Shown here: one piece after another, positions 1 through 12,942 of the stretch
Layout: the number at the start of each line of letters is the position of its first letter
How positions within the stretch are numbered: position 1 is the first letter of the stretch
Assembly: GCA_000320545.1 (NCBI GenBank)
Contig: ADNK01001416.1
Span: 1-55,791 of the forward strand
Source of the DNA: Bigelowiella natans CCMP2755
Taxonomy: Eukaryota > Protista > Cercozoa
Direction: 5' to 3'
Length of the DNA: 55,791 nt
Position numbers and translations under genes: made by a program
Notes under the pieces: generated by a model
Database searches by the model: none
Told to the model about the DNA's origin: nothing
The model's input: the letters and a program-made list of their open reading frames with translations, nothing else

Positions 1-120
1 AGCAGCGCGGAGACAGGCATGGTCTTATAAGAAATGAGAGAAGAATTCTGACTGGCCATGGGCGATCCAGGTAGGTTAACGGTAAACGGTAACGTAACGT
101 AACGTACGTAACTAACTATA

Positions 121-170
<50 letters not shown>

Positions 171-645
171 TATATTACATATATTACATATATTACTACG
201 AAGAAGATTCCAACTCTCAGTGGTGAATGTCATTTCTCTGAGTATGAAAGCTGTAGATCTTTTCGCAGCTCCACAGAATGGTGGCCATTCTTCCAATTTT
301 CTTTAATGCATAAGTATACCCACAACAGGTAACAAAACATGTCGTCGAGATGGTGACAAGGACCGTCACAGAGAAGGTACGGTCTTTGCTGCAATGATTC
401 CCCTCAAATGAGTTTCATTGGTTTTATCACATTGCTTGGCGAAGTGTGGGCAATTACTTGCTCGCTCGTTCGTCACCGACGCGACGAAATTCAACTATGA
501 TTTGGAAGATGCAAGCTATGCTGCGCTCCTAACCGTGCAAAATAGACATGGATTACGTGCGAAAGCCTTATAAATCGGCTGCACTAATCTATATCTGCAA
601 TGTGTATGTGTAGAAACGCTGTATGGCGTGTGGAGATGACCGCCC

Positions 646-683
<38 letters not shown>

Positions 684-1444
684 CTTAAAACAACAGACGA
701 TGCCTCTGGCTGCTGCTCTTGCAACCGAGAGAACTGCGACAAGGGCACGCGAGATCATGGTTGCCGACTCTTTCTATACTGCTGTGTGTGGATTTTATTT
801 AGCACACAATTGTACAGAAAAGGATTGATCTCTCCCTTTTTCTTCTCATTCATTTTTATCTGTTTTGTTGATTTAAAGGTTCCAATATTGGCCAAGTCGT
901 TGACTCACTCGCTCGTAGCTTCGCTCTCAGAAACGATGACTCACTCGCCCCTCCAGGTATTATTACAGCAATGATAGGATGATACGATAATGATGATGAT
1001 GAGGACTGTCAGACTGAGAAGGCCAATAAGGCTCAGGAAACATCCAAACTCTTTGAACTACTTGAAAATGACTTTGATCTATTTCATTGCTCCATCTTTC
1101 GGGCTATTCATCACACCGCACTCTCCTGCAATGGCCACGTTATGATTGAGATGTTTTTTTTTCCCCCTAACGAAAGGATTACTACTGCTACTACTGCGCG
1201 ACAAAAAAGGAGTCCGGCCCTACAACATCCCGACACATACACACACGCACACACACGCACACACACACACACGCATGCACACACACTATTCTCTTCTCAG
1301 CGAAGAATATTGATCACTAAATCGAAAATGCTTCAGGTATTGCGAGTACTGCCAGGCTTCATCATCTCAACGATACTACGCAATGTAAGAGGCAGAGGAG
1401 AGGGAACCATGCACATACAATGAGTTCTATTCTCGTGTGCGCGC

Positions 1445-1483
<39 letters not shown>

Positions 1484-2363
1484 ACTCCTATGGCTTATTC
1501 ATACTCTGCTGCAGGTATTATGCAGGATACTACAGCTCATGGTACAGCGGGTTGTACCATTCTCAATACGTGGGTCGTGGAGCCTCTGCTTATGGTATTA
1601 TACCCTGCTACCACCCTTATTACTGCTACTACTAAAACTACTACTACTACTACTACTACTCTTACAATGTCTTTAAATTACAAGAACGGTAGTATCACTG
1701 GTTATATATAATATTCGTCCTGCTCACTGTTCCCCGTTACTTTGGTCGATTAGCAATCTGCCAATACCACTCTTGTATGAGAAGCACAACTTATGATAAC
1801 ATATTTCTACCCCTTCGGTCATTATCATCATTTGCCTTTTATTCGATTTGATTCGATGCTTGATGGATACTACAGGTCAAGGTGGGGGAATTAAATCAGC
1901 TATCAGAAAAGACGAGCAATATCTGGACGAGCTGGTTGGTTGTCATTCCATAACACTTGACTGAGAAGAGTTAGGAAGGGAGAGGGGGGGGGGGGGGGGG
2001 GGTTCTAGTCTATTGAAATCTTTCAGCGAAATAATCTCGAAACATTGCATGTTACAATGGTTCTCAGCGATATCGAACGGAGAAAGGCCGAGCATATAGA
2101 CCGACCGACAGGTTATTATCCCAAAATAACAAGCATTTTCGCGCCGGTCCTATGTTTACTTGCATTATGATCGAAAGCGTCGGAGGGGTCCGTAGCAACT
2201 CTTTTCACTGATGATTCATTCCACCTGCAGGGCCGATGTCTACGCTCATGACAAGGCTGAGCCAAATCATTACCGATTATTCAATTCTTTGAAGGACAAA
2301 AAGAAGTACACGGGGCCCTTCTTTTTCGCCAACAACGATACTAGATTAGCAGATGCATACTAA
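1..2363 (+). CDS. 3' part of a multi-exon gene of unknown function (begins before the window)
   Basis: A series of GT..AG-bounded coding-like segments (e.g. FVTDATKFNYDLEDASYAALL, EDCQTEKANKAQETSKLFELLENDFDLF). The last exon reads ADVYAHDKAEPNHYRLFNSLKDKKKYTGPFFFANNDTRLADAY* with TAA at 2361-2363. Introns are microsatellite-rich. No family recognised and the exon structure is not fully resolved. Confidence 0.5.
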
Positions 2364-3183
2364 ATGGGGAAGCTATATGTCATTATGTTTGCTCCGCTCG
2401 TGCGTTATAGACTTGGCATGCAAATAATTTGCAGTCATATTGTGACGTGTTGAGTCTGAGGTCGCTGGGTCGCTCGGCAGCGCCCGCCTAGCCGCCTTGC
2501 CGCGCTGTACGTGCTCTTCTAAACTATAAAACATGTGCGTGCGCACAATTTTGACAACGCTAGAACACTAGAGCGTCCAACACACCTAGAGATCTTGGCT
2601 GGCACGATGTTCTTACGTGTATGCATGGGTGTATCTATCTTGAGATGACAGGACATGCCAAGTGAATTGCTAACTATAACTAGATCTAGAGATTACTAGA
2701 TAACGTAATTATATTGCATTACATACTAGCATAATATGCGTTACACACGATGCAGACATACGTACATTAAATAGAACTCACGCCGCTCAGCGCGCACTTC
2801 TAGACTTGTAGGCACAGCGCTCCGTCATCATTTCTAGATGTACGTACATTATATAGCTAGTGCTAGCATGCTACGCTAGCACGATGCGTGATCGATGCAC
2901 TTATTTCGCATGCACATTGGTAGACGGCATCAATTATGATGATGATAATGACTAATGACAATGAACGCAGCTACATAGCATGGCATCATGCGCACGTGTA
3001 CATCACATGCATGTGAGCAAATGAAGTATGTGTGCAGATATCATGTCGTGGCGTGTTTTTATGATATGACAGAAACATTTACTCATCGAATTTGCCCTCT
3101 ACTACCAAGCACCTACACGTATTCACATGATGACCGTGTTATGACTTCACTGGAAGGATACTGCTCGCCATTAAAGTATTCAC

Positions 3184-6100
3184 CTACTCGACAGAGAACG
3201 AGAAAGATGGTTTTCCTGGTTCAGCTTGAGATTTATTATCGCCCTCAACCATGACAACATCGATCTTTTTCAAAACGGTCCCCCTCATCAGAAACTCCGT
3301 GCTGGTCTCTAACAAGGCTTTCTCGTCAAAGTTAGTTCCAAGCTGCAGAGCACTTTTCCCTTCCCTCTTGTAATCCGACTTAATTTGTGCCACGTACGAC
3401 ATTGCAGTCTTCGCAAGTTTCTTGTTCTTTTTGAAAGCCTCAATTGATTTGAAGCTTTGCGCCAGGCTTTTATTATCCAGAAACTCTCCCGACTTCTCGA
3501 GAGATTCCTTCATCACATTCATGATATGGGTCTTCCATTCCGGCGTCTTCGTCGATACTTGTATCTGAACAGCGGTTGGATCTTTTTTGAGTTTCTTTTT
3601 CGCCTTCGAGGCCTGGCTTCGCATATTATTTGCCAGCTTTCGCAAATAACTCAACTCCTCAATAACCACCGAATCTGGGGAGGGAATATCTGGCCATTTG
3701 TTCTGCACGAGCATACCCGTTGTCCCGATGAAGGACGAAACTTGCGACCACAAATCCTCACAGAAGTGCGGACAGATTGGCGCCAACAAAATGCACTGCA
3801 CCTTAATCCACTTCTTTACCAGGCCAGCGTGCATGCTTGGGCTGTACTCTCTGTAGAAATCACGAGCGGAGAGCATTCCATAGAATCCGTTCACAATGGC
3901 CTCACGAAATTTCATGTTGCTGTAAGCCTCTTTGGTAAGGGCCGCAAGGTGGTTCATTTCCTGGTCAAAGGCTCGGTCGAAGAAGGATTTATCTGCTGGC
4001 CCACCACGAAGGTTCTTAGCTTCTGCCACTTCTGAAACCCAATCCTTCAAGGTTGAAAGCTTCAGAATCGCTTGATCCGCTGTTTTTTGTACAAAATTAG
4101 CGTCCTCGAGTCCATCCCCGGAGTCTGCTAAAGCCACACGGCACGCATCAGTTCCGAACTTGTTGATAGCATCTTCAAGAGTTAAGAAGTTGCCGGTAGA
4201 CTTTGACATTTTCTCGGAATTTATCATAACGTGGCCATTTGTGTAGAAGGAGCGCGGCCACATATCGGCATTATCACTCCAAATCGCTGCGTGATTGTAC
4301 AAGCTCATGGTGAGGTGGTTACGAATCAAGTCCTTTCCGGACACACGAAGATCTAGAGGGTACCAAAACAAGAACTCTTTGCGCATTTTTGTAAGGGTTT
4401 CTGGAGGTATCTTGCTCTCCGTAGGAATTTCTGCTTCTTTCTTCGGGTCGGCGAAAATGTAGTCAAAAACCTGATCTGTCAAATCCTCCGGCTGTATTCT
4501 ACTAGCATTGCCTTTGTAATCCCCTCCATTCAGAGCCCCACCTTGTACAAAATGGGCGATTGTATAGTATGCCATGTAAATGGTGGAATCGGATAACGAT
4601 TCAATCAAGAAGTCCTTGTCCCAAGGCAGCAGAGTTCCAAGGCCAGCAGTACGCGAACATGCCCATTGTTTCAACCACCCAATCGTGAACTCAAACATGT
4701 TTTTTGCCTTGGCATTGTAGCATTCAAGAGTTGAGTCAATGTGATCCGCTACCACTTTTTGCCACTTCTCTTCCCCATATTGCAGGAACCACTGCTCGGT
4801 CATGGCACAAACACATTCTTCGTTTCCAGCTCGTGCAACGACCTTTTCTTGGGGCTCGTAGTAGGTAACAGCTTGGCCATTCGCAATCATGCTAGCCTTC
4901 ACCTTCTCCTTTGCCTCCATCACTGGACACCCTTTCAATTCTTCCACGATCATCGTTCCTTTCGCGTTACTAATCTTGTAGCACTCCTTTTTCGCCGTCT
5001 CCAATTTATCCACAGCATTTTGACTTTTGATCTTCATCTTCTTGCACAGATATGGAGCAGGCAACTTCCTATCATCGGCACTCGCACCCTCCAACGGAGT
5101 GTCAATGATTGGCACGATATCAAGGCTCACCATTTCTTCTGTGATCCCATATTTTTTCCTTAATTTATTGTCCTTTTTAAGGTCCATCCAGGCAGCGTAG
5201 TCGGCAGGAGCGTCACTTGGAACGCTGGTGACAACTCCTGTTCCTTTCCCCATCGAAATGGTCAGCAGCGGCATTGTGTAGACCCTTTCATATTTGCACA
5301 ATGGTGCTTTCAAAGGAAGCCCCAGGAGCTCTTCCCCTTTTATTGATCCAAGAATGTTAGGTTTATTAGGATTCCCGCACAACTCTTGGAAGCTCATGTT
5401 GAGAGCTGATCGAGCACTTACGACAAAAACATCGCCGTTGTTCATCTTCACAACACTGTATTCTCCATTTGGTAAAAGCCAGCAATTTGTTTGTCCATAC
5501 ATCGTCTCTGGCCTAAGAGTGGCAGCTGCAAGATACACAGGGACGTCAGCTTTGACAATATTTTTGATGGATTCTGGAACTTTCTCGAGCTCGATCTTAA
5601 TTAGAGTGTACTCCTGAGGTTGAACCCCTTCTCCCTCAGCGCGGTCGTGATCAGCACACGGCTGTCCGTTGGACGGAGAGAACACGCACATTCTTTTTGC
5701 CTTCACCACCTTTCCAGCCGCTTTCAATCGATTAAACTGCCACCGTACAAATGCATCGTAAAACGGATTCGTGTCGGTCGTGATGAAGGATCTTCGCCAG
5801 TCCACCATAACACCAAGACGTTTCAGGTCCTCGATAGCCACAGGCGGGAAATAGGAAAGCCATTGCTGGGGATCCTTGAACTTCGCAAGGACATCCTTTG
5901 GGACATTCATCTCTTCGAGAATCTGCCATTGAAACTTTTTCTTCGACTTTTTCTTAGCTGCCTTTCCCTTCTTCTTTCCCTTACCTACATAATAAATTAA
6001 AAGAAACAAACTTGAGCACATTCTTCCTGCTAGTTCGACTTGGACGTCTATGAATCCACGTATTTCGAACACAGTATGTTTCGTGACATTTCAAGTTGTA

Positions 6101-6813
6101 AACAGAAGAAGACTTCATTCTAAGAAATAGAAATTGTCACTACCCTTCTTGCCTTCGTCTTTCTTCTCCTCCGGCTTGTCTTCTTCCACAGGAAATTGCG
6201 GTGGGTTACCAAATTGTTTGATTTCCTTCTCCAGCTTCTCTGCACAGGCTGCAATAGGCATACCGGTACAATGAAATCCGAAAGGGAAGAGGACTTTCTT
6301 TCCTAACAAACGCTGAAACCTGGCCGCGAATTCAGCTTTACACAAGGTGAATGCATGCCCGAGGTGAAGTTTTCCATTCATATATGGATATGGAAAGGTG
6401 CATAAGAATTTTCCTTGGGAAGAATCTTCATCAGCGCCGACTTCGTTGACGTTCGCGGATTCCCACTTCTGCTGCACTCGCTTCTCGATCTCGATGAGGC
6501 CGTCCCTACGTGCGAACCTTCGCTTTAGCACCGCTTTCACTTCCTCTGTAGCTTTTCGTATCGTCACTAGTGCCTCATCTGGATTCTTATCAGCAATCTC
6601 TTTAGGAATACTAGCAATCATCAATGCAACCATTTCTTTCTTCGAATACGCCGTCTTCTTGGATTTTTTGAGTGCTTCGGCAATGATTTCTTTTGGCACC
6701 GCCTTGCCTTCCTTCTTAATCTTCGCCATCGTCTCGGCAACGTGTGCTACGCTGACATTCCCGTCCTTATCTTTGTCCCACACATCGAAGTATTCCTCGA
6801 GCGCGCGATTCAT
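3184..6813 (-). CDS. LARS1: Cytosolic leucyl-tRNA synthetase with an N-terminal EF-hand-like extension; 2 exons (6144-6813, 3184-5984), intron 5985-6143
   Basis: HIGH-type motif [21 protein letters not shown]1 editing domain ([28 protein letters not shown]), WLKQWACSR and RVSGKDLI. The GT..AG intron keeps the frame. The frame is also open upstream to an ATG at 6939. Confidence 0.95.
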
Positions 6814-7252
6814 GTCTATTTCAACTGAAGAGGTAGGAACGAATGCTCTCGTACGGTCTTTGCGGTGGAATTTTTCAGGAGGTTTGCCACGGCTTTTTGG
6901 CTGAGAATTTCCCGAGATTTTCGGAGAGGAATATGTCATAAAACCCGGTATTCGTCCTGTTACTGACAGTTGCCGAATACGCCAACCATCCTCTACCCAG
7001 AGGACGGACTTGACAGCTCATTTCCACAGCCGTCCACCAGCAAAACGAACGTAATGCTAGAGCGAATGAAAAGCACATCTGACCCCGATGTTTTTTTTTT
7101 TCGGTGAACCTTAGGGCACGCGATGTGGTGAAAAATATTTCCACAGAAATTTGTATTCGATTACATGCACAGGCACATTGGGGAAACAGACTGTAGAAAA
7201 TGAAGTAAAAAGCTTTGCCTCACAACAAATTGCTTACTCTACTCTTTCTTAG

Positions 7253-7558
7253 ATGAGGCGAATATTGAAATTCCCAAATGCAGTGTACAAAATTGTACGC
7301 CCAGGGAAGAAGCTGGCACCGAATGAAGTTCTGTTCCACGTCCCTCTGTGGCACAACAAAGTTCAGATTAAGAATTATCTTGAAGAGATTTATAACGTTG
7401 AAATTGATAGGGTGGATACAGCTGTACAATTAGGAAAATCAAAGCAAGTTCGAACAAGACGGATGAGAACTCCATTAACAGTGAAGGCACCCGACGTGAA
7501 AAAAGCCTATGTTACATTACGGAATCAGACATTCTCGTATCCAAATCTAGATGCTTGA
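7253..7558 (+). CDS. MRPL23: Mitochondrial ribosomal protein uL23m
   Basis: 101 aa. FHVPLWHNKVQIKNYLEEIYNVEIDRVDT...KKAYVTL matches the uL23 pattern. Confidence 0.85.
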   Translation: MRRILKFPNAVYKIVRPGKKLAPNEVLFHVPLWHNKVQIKNYLEEIYNVEIDRVDTAVQLGKSKQVRTRRMRTPLTVKAPDVKKAYVTLRNQTFSYPNLDA

Positions 7559-8599
7559 TACCACATTCAAATAATCAAAGGCAATAGCACTTCTCATTAT
7601 ACCTACGCGTAAAGTCGGTTGGCCTATTATGGACATGATTTTGCATCAGGCGCATCGTAGCTACGCTTGCATGTGATGTGTTAAGCTTAGCTTTTTGATG
7701 TTTATTCGAGGTTGCGTGCAAAGTTGAGCTTGTACGCGATGCCCGGTCCTTTACAATGGACGACACTAGACTTTACTATCTCATCATTTTTTTGCTATCA
7801 TTTATCCACAATAGCTCTTCAATGGCTAGAGCTTCATCGCACGACATGCTAGCAGCTTGTGATCGATGTGTTGCATGAGCTCGCAGCTCGCAGTCCAACC
7901 AATTGTTATTGGGCTTCGATTTGCAGCGCAGCCATGCAAAACTAAAAGGCAATGTCTCGCCACATCGTAGATACAGACTAACTAGATTTATTTGAGAGTC
8001 TTGCAAGCGCCAATTAACAGACACCAACAACTGCTAGAACGACCCGCAATACCAAGCTCTGGAGGAACAAGCTAGCAAGGGTGCCACAGCTGCGGCCGCG
8101 TGTTAGTATATTAGCTTTAGAGATCTAGAGCTAGACAAGCGTGCAAATCATCACATCATGGAGCAATGCGTGCATGCATCTATATCGGCTTACAAACACC
8201 GCTCTCTAGCTAGCTAGCTCTGCTACAGCGCTGCTCGTGTGCTCGTGTGCATGTGGGATGCTGTTCGTGGCTTTCGCTCTGCTACACATGTCACGACAGT
8301 CAGCTGCAATGTGCAATGATCTAGTGACATCTACTAGATCTAGAGATGCATCTAGATACCTGGCGTACACATCGTCGCATGGCTAGATGGCCCGCCGCAC
8401 GCAGCAAATGCTTAGCGTCGCAAGCACTACTATTTGACGTGTCCAGTGTCAATTTGTGATGTGCACGCACTGCATTGCAGTTAGACTACGACCTAGCTAG
8501 CTAGCTCATCAGTGTCAAAAAAATGATGTGCCACACTCACGCAGAGACGACATGCATGGTTTGTGAGGGTACTGCTAATAATGCACACCAGACAAACAT

Positions 8600-8716
8600 G
8601 AGACGGATCTAGCGGATGCAATGAATCGAAGTGATCAAATCTTTTATTCTATAGTCACATAGTCATCCTAATGTAGCTATGCAAAGCAGCGGCTACAGCT
8701 CTTAGGTTGGATCTAT
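8600..8716 (+). repeat. Dispersed two-hairpin repeat, copy A
   Basis: GAGACGGAT...GTCATCCTAATGTAGCTATGCAAAGCAGCGGCTACA, shared with 18983, 34286 and 44155. Confidence 0.85.
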
Positions 8717-8756
8717 CATTTGTCACATGCAAAACGCAAACACATACACACGTTCA

Positions 8757-8787
<31 letters not shown>

Positions 8788-9001
8788 TCGATGGGTGTGA
8801 GCCATACTAGCACGTGCAAACATAAGCACAAACGCTACGCACACGCGGGTAGCTCTAGAGTGCAAGTACAGACATGTATAGCAGCGTGGCGAAGATGTCA
8901 AATTACCGCTGTGTTGTTAACTTGAGATTGCGTGATGCTTTGGTGCATAATTTCTGTGACAGGTATTTCTCGCTGGCAAAATTTCGCAAGACATACATAC
9001 T

Positions 9002-11359
9002 TTAAGCCTGCAAATCCTTTTCAAAACCTCTGATGACTTCCTTTTGCCTCACCTCGAAATCATTTTGCATCGCCTAAACGCATATAATAAATCAGAATGT
9101 ATCGCAACAAAACTCAAAGTTTACGCACCCCTAAATCCATATCTGGCGTCAAGAATTTCATCGTCGTAAGTCTGAAGATATTATCACTGTGAGACGGAGG
9201 TGCAAAAGAATTTAAGAAATGAATTATTACGCTGTGAATTGATCCTTGAGGGTCGCATGCACACGGCTCCATGTTACTCTCGGGGTCCGAGATTTATCCT
9301 CGATAACTTTCATCGCCTTCTCGTAGAAGAGGATAATTAGCTTCAGCATCCAAGCTGTTTTCAGAGGCGGACAGTTGTAGTCATAGGTTGAGAATGCATT
9401 CTGCTGGAGATAGTCTTCACGAACGACTTGCGCCATTTCTAATTTGCACTTCTGATCCTCAGACAAAGAGTCCTTACCTACCAACTGAACGATTTCCTGC
9501 AGGTTTGCTTCGTCCTGGAGGAGCTCCTTCACCTTTTCGGTCAATCCCGGGATTTCTTTTTCGATGGGTGTAAGTTTTGTAATGTCCCTATCATGTACAT
9601 CTCCCTCCTCGGCGTCCGCATAGTATTGCTTCAACACCTTAACATACTTGGAGTAAGAGATGTTCCAGTTAACAGAGGGGAAGTGCTTCCTTTGCGCCAG
9701 CTTTTTATCCAATCCCCAGAAAACTTGAACAATGTCGAGAGTGGATGAAGTAACAGGATCAGAGAAGTCACCTCCTGGTGGGGAGACCGCACCAACAATG
9801 GTGACGGTTCCCTCCCTCTTTGGGGATCCCATGCACTGTACCAAACCAGCACGCTCATAGAAAGAGGCAAGACGCGACCCGAGATAAGCAGGGAATCCAG
9901 CATCGGCAGGCATCTCTCCAAGACGTCCGGAAATTTCTCGCAAGGCCTCAGCCCATCGTGACGTTGAGTCGGCCATCATAGCAACATGGAGTCCCATATC
10001 ACGGAAATATTCAGCTAGCGTGATACCAGTGTAGATAGAAGCCTCACGAGCTGCGACAGGCATATTGGAGGTGTTTGCTACAAGGCACGTGCGGTCCATA
10101 ATCGGCTGCTTTTTCTCTTTACCTGTCTTCTCATCGACAAGTGTCACGAACAACTCTGGGAAGTCCTTCAAGACTTCAGCCATCTCATTTCCCCGCTCCC
10201 CGCATCCGACGTAAATAATTGCATTTGCGTTAGAGTATTTTGAGAGCGCTTGGGAAATACATGTCTTCCCGCATCCAAAGGCCCCGGGAATAGCACATGT
10301 ACCACCCAAGACCGAAGGGAAAAGTGAATCCAGAACTCTCTGTCCAGTGATAAGAGGTGCATTAGCTTCAAGTTTTTTAGCGTAAGGACGTGGCTCCCGA
10401 ACGGGCCACTTATGGTAGAGCTTCAGATTTTCTTCCTGCTCAGTGCCGTAATCTTTAATCTTGACAACTACTGTCTCAACATTGCAACCGTTTTTAAGCT
10501 TGGCTGGATCAATAATCCAGGTGATCTTTCCAGCATTATATGGTGGAACCATAATGAGATGCTTGATGAGAGGAGACACCTGAACGTGGCCGATTACATA
10601 ACCGGGACCAATGTTCTGGCCAACCTTTAGGTCAGTGTTAAGAACAAAATCCCATCTTTTTTTCTTGTCCAACGAAGGCACATCAATTCCCTTCGCGATG
10701 AAGTGAGATTTGCCACCAGCTTCGGGCTTCTTGCACTCTTCGCTAATCGCCTGTTAAATGTAAACAATTTTATCTGATCTCGAGTAACAGGCTATGAAGG
10801 TTCTAACCTCAAGGGGGCGCTGAATTCCGTCGAAGACACAGTTCATAATACCAGGCCCAAGCTCGACTTGGAGCGGGGCACCGGTTCGCTCAACGGGGTC
10901 TCCAATGGTTAGACCAGCTAATTTAGGATACATTGAAGAATTAATTTCCCCCCATTTTCTCAGACTTTGCAAGTGTGATATGAACCTGTCTCTTCGTAGA
11001 CTTGGATAGAGGCAGTATCTCCCGTCAGTTTAATCACCTCGCCCACAAGCCTATCGTTCCCGACCTTTACAAGCTCGTACATACTACTTCCAGACATTTT
11101 ATCCGCGACCACCACTAATAGGGGCAAGGAGAAAGAACATCCGAAAAAAACGAAGAAGGGGAAGGTCATTCAAAACTCTGCGAGATGGAGACACAACATA
11201 GTAACCCCCCTGCTGAGATTCCTCACGTAGTGAAATAAATTTATGCATCGTTAGCAATGGTTGAGCTCGATCAACGTACAAGTACTTAAAAATGTAATCA
11301 TTCTTACAGGGTCCGGAGACTTTGACAACTCTCCCGTAGAGGATCTTCTTCTCAGACAT
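9002..11359 (-). CDS. ATP6V1A: V-type H+-ATPase catalytic subunit A, 6 exons
   Basis: [24 protein letters not shown]-loop [33 protein letters not shown] and [12 protein letters not shown]. Spliced tail [10 protein letters not shown]...FEKDLQA*. Confidence 0.96.
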
Positions 11360-12942
11360 GATTCTCCCTTTCTGTGTTCTTCTCCCACTTTATGACTTGA
11401 GGGGGGTTCAACGCTGCTTGCTGATGGCCCTCAGAGCAGCTGCTGTTTAGACTTAATATATTCAATGTTTTTACTGTTTTTGCTGGAAATAAACTTCCAA
11501 ATACAATATTCCAAGCCAAGTTCCAAGTCGTAAGCATATATTCTCCGACAACCTAGAAGGTACATGTGTTTATGTGGACCTCGGCTGACATTCATACACA
11601 ATTTCCATCAATACCTTTTCGTATTGCATATTTATCATGGTAATTATTATCTAAACACTTCCTATGCATTGTCTTTTGAATAAACTACATGGATATTAAG
11701 GCCGATTATTTGGTTCGTATTAAAAGACATGTCTGAAATCTAATGCCTGGTTTGCGATATGATCGAAAATAAAGTGCGCAAGTTCGAAAGATCGTTGTCG
11801 CTAATAATGGGAAGGCTTCTTTCCTCGACGAGGGTGAACGAGGCTGACAACTTCGAAAACATCTCTCGAGACTCACTAGAATAAAAGCGGCTTATTGAAA
11901 AGCAAAAGAAATATGATAGATCTAACTATACAAGCGGTGGCGCACGTGGAAAATCTACCACGTACTCCTACGACTTGCGTGATTTAAGTCAATTTCACCT
12001 AAAATATGAACGGGTACCCTGAGAACGAAGAAGAATGCTGGAAAATTCCATGTGCGTATTAATATGTAAATTCAGCAGTTTCTATGCGATTTGATATCCC
12101 TTGTCTTTCATAATTTTAGGACAACTTTATCTGGAGTCTTCATCAAACTTTGAAATCCAAGAGTTAGAACGGCTTTTTCATTTACCCGAACACAACTCCA
12201 AGAATATTGCAATCCAGCCATAATTGTCTACTTCAAAATGTGGATAAACACTTTGATTATGACGTAATTTTACTCTTATAATAATTATTTGGAACAGTTT
12301 ATGTGATTGCCATCGGCAGCACAATTTTTAAAGTTGAGTGAAAACCGCTTAATTCTTCAAATCGTTATTTTCAGGGATATTTAACCTTGCGTCATATATT
12401 TGATAACAATTTTAGCTCAACTAAGAGAATCGAGTGACCTTCACTCTGGTACCGAAGTAACCGGAGGTACCCTGAATAGAAAACCCTTACAGAGTTAGTT
12501 GTAGTAAATGTAAGTAAATGTTCTTTAAGTAGAGTACGATATGGTAAAGAGACATGATTGGTGGAAGTCTTAGAGATAAAATTACATAGTTTTGACACAT
12601 TCTGCTGTACAATTAACAATCTTAAGAATGTTGTGTCGCGGGAGAATATTAAGATTACCTCGTTGGTACCAGTGGCCACTAGTCTGAGTTTTGCAGACGC
12701 TGAAAGTTTCTTGTGTAGTAAAAAACGACAAGAAATTAACATTGTCGTCAGAGTATATTGTGTTGCGTTTCATAAGTTCACACAGGCGTACGTCATAACT
12801 CAAACGTTGGTGCCACGAAAGCTACCCACCTCCGAAACCCAAAGTAACAAATACAAACCGAGTACCCGTACGGACTTCCCGCAACATTATTCAGAAGACA
12901 GTAACTGGATTAGAGCAAGTAATTGGTGTAGAGAAGTTGAAC

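Noticed and set aside
516-1711. Many short ORFs with [12 protein letters not shown] or poly-T/L runs here and throughout the window
   Set aside because: They are translations of intronic microsatellites.
3457-6904. Plus-strand ORFs inside the LeuRS locus
   Set aside because: They are antisense shadows of a long coding sequence.
10185-10225. Possible VMA1-type intein in V-ATPase A
   Set aside because: The insertion site IIYVG|CGERGNEM is uninterrupted.
12000-12940. Short ORFs upstream of the Zn2Cys6 gene
   Set aside because: AT-rich, with no consistent spliced frame. Treated as promoter or 5' UTR.
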